From positions 1 to 37,404 of the IMG/VR virus record IMGVR_UViG_3300030372_003522: a stretch of DNA of 37,404 bases; one strand, given 5' to 3'. A program made the position numbers and the translations under genes. Under the pieces are notes generated by a model. That model was not told the DNA's origin and searched no databases. It saw nothing but the letters and a program-made list of their open reading frames with translations. Within the stretch, counting starts at the first letter, position 1. Each line of letters starts with the position of its first letter. Below are positions 36,170 through 37,404 of the stretch, piece by piece. The DNA comes from a virus (lineage: Duplodnaviria > Caudoviricetes).

Positions 36170-36290
36170 TTAACCCCCTTTTTTAAGTATCGCTTACTAT
36201 GGATAGCAATACTTAAAATGTTGCTTATATTGACCTTTTTTACACCTAATAAGCCCATTTTAATTTTCGGTCAGTAACCATAGGTTTTGT

Positions 36291-36527
36291 TTAAATTAGT
36301 ATTAATATTGATATTATTATTATAGTTGCTATAAACCATTCTCTCCAAGTCCATTTACTTAGAGTCATTTTTCGTATTTCATCTTCTGTAAATGTAGCTT
36401 CTATTGGTTCGTACCAATATTTATTTCTTTCGTATTGTTCCCATGCTTGAGATTCTGCAAGGGCTTTTTTATATTCTTCAAGTTCTGTTATAGGAATTTC
36501 TTTCCCATTTATAAATATATTTTTCAT
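36291..36527 (-). CDS. Hypothetical protein with C-terminal TM segment
   Basis: GGAG RBS; WFIATIIIISILILI. Confidence 0.55.
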   Translation of the reverse strand: MKNIFINGKEIPITELEEYKKALAESQAWEQYERNKYWYEPIEATFTEDEIRKMTLSKWTWREWFIATIIIISILILI

Positions 36528-36528
36528 A

Positions 36529-36708
36529 TTATTCTCCCTCCATTTCTTTTATTTGCTCTAAATCTCGGTATCCAGTACGGCTATATAGTATCGATTCTAA
36601 ACTATCTAAATTTGTGCCGTTAATTGAGCATACGAGCCCTATTTCTTTTTCTGTAGCTATTCCATAGTCTACTAAATAATCCCATAATTCTTGCTCTTTT
36701 TCATTCAT
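36529..36708 (-). CDS. 59-aa acidic early protein (not in ORF track)
   Basis: AAGGG RBS; MNEKEQELWDYLVDYGIATEKEIGLVCSINGTNLDSLESILYSRTGYRDLEQIKEMEGE. Confidence 0.65.
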   Translation of the reverse strand: MNEKEQELWDYLVDYGIATEKEIGLVCSINGTNLDSLESILYSRTGYRDLEQIKEMEGE

Positions 36709-36901
36709 TTTGTTTTCCCTTCTTATTATTAAACTTTCGAGGGTGTTTTACATTATATCGAGTTAATGTCCAATTAATTAGATTGACCACCCTCTACTCG
36801 AACGCTATCAACAAATACCTATCTCGTTGGTATTTCTACAAGAAACTCGTATTACTTGTATTTGCGTTACGATATCCAATTAAGGATATATTTTTACTTT
36901 A

Positions 36902-36945
36902 GAGCCTAGCGAGAGAATCGAACTCCCGCAAGTTCCAAACTAGGC
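36902..36945 (-). ncRNA. tRNA-like minihelix, copy 1
   Basis: GCCTAG-TTTGGAACTTG-CGGGAG-TTCGATT-CTCTCG-CTAGGC-TC. Confidence 0.55.
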
Positions 36946-36997
36946 GGTCGGACTAAGTTGGATATATTGAATAATATTAACTTAGCTTTTTAACTTT

Positions 36998-37183
36998 TTA
37001 TTTCACTTTTACCCATCTTTCAAATGTTTGGTTATTTTTGAATATATGGGTCAATTCTTTTTTCCATAATTCATAGAAACCATTTTTATTTTTAACCGAT
37101 TTCATATTTCTTTTTAGGCTTTTGTGTATTGTTCTATAAGGCGTTATTCTATTACCACTTATATCATAGTCTTTTTTATTCAT
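36998..37183 (-). CDS. Hypothetical basic early protein
   Basis: AGAGGT RBS; lies between the two tRNA-like elements. Confidence 0.55.
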   Translation of the reverse strand: MNKKDYDISGNRITPYRTIHKSLKRNMKSVKNKNGFYELWKKELTHIFKNNQTFERWVKVK

Positions 37184-37202
37184 TTTTTACCTCTTTTATT
37201 TT

Positions 37203-37276
37203 GAGCATAGCAAGAAAATCGAACCCTTGTAAAACCACCCTAAAACAAATATTTTTGCCCCGTCTGTGTCTATGCT
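37203..37276 (-). ncRNA. tRNA-like minihelix, copy 2
   Basis: AGCATAG-(40 nt)-CAAGGG-TTCGATT-TTCTTG-CTATGCT-C. Confidence 0.5.
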
Positions 37277-37404
37277 TATAAAGTTTAGTTGCTGTTATCA
37301 ATAACGCGATTGCCCCTACATTTATTACCCTTGGCTTATAAATTTCGGTCTTTGCTCTTTGTGTATTAGAGCAAGCAAGTTTCGTATCTTGCATCGTGTT
37401 ATAG

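Noticed and set aside
32908-36623. Plus-strand ORFs in the early arm (e.g. 33685-33999, 35137-35433)
   Set aside because: F/L/I-rich antisense shadows of RBS-bearing minus-strand genes.
37203-37276. Canonical tRNA gene (73-nt span with acceptor stem and T-loop)
   Set aside because: No credible D or anticodon arm, 6-bp T-stem with G-U at the normally invariant G53-C61 pair, and no CCA; kept only as tRNA-like.
37176-37394. 72-aa minus-strand ORF
   Set aside because: It overlaps the tRNA-like and multi-hairpin elements, has atypical composition and no visible RBS; probably non-coding.
1-37404. Stop-codon reassignment, diversity-generating retroelement, CRISPR array, introns/inteins
   Set aside because: TAA, TAG and TGA all end coupled genes normally. 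I saw no reverse transcriptase, template/variable repeat pair, spaced repeat array or interrupted core gene.

Overview
AT-rich (roughly 30% GC by eye) dsDNA tailed-phage sequence with podovirus-like architecture, probably most of one genome. The + arm (1-26747) is the late module. It holds a 5'-truncated terminase large subunit, P22-like portal, scaffold, SU10-like major capsid protein, five tandem Lys/Arg-rich small proteins, adaptor/nozzle/fibre proteins, four putative ejection proteins, a LamG protein and a lysis cassette (GH24 lysozyme, membrane peptides) mixed with a metallophosphoesterase and an HExxH protein. The - arm (26748-37404) holds a RuvC-like resolvase, replication initiator with iterons, Sak-like recombinase, SSB-like protein and many small early ORFs, and ends in a densely structured non-coding region. 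I saw no integrase, polymerase, CRISPR array or canonical tRNA. Most notable observations: (1) two homologous, covarying tRNA-like acceptor/T-arm minihelices lacking normal D/anticodon arms; (2) a circularly permuted lytic-transglycosylase domain in the giant ejection protein; (3) the five-gene basic-protein cassette with an AT-hook peptide; (4) apparent total GATC avoidance; (5) a metallophosphoesterase that seems to need a non-canonical start codon. All family calls come from motif recognition by eye, not from searches.
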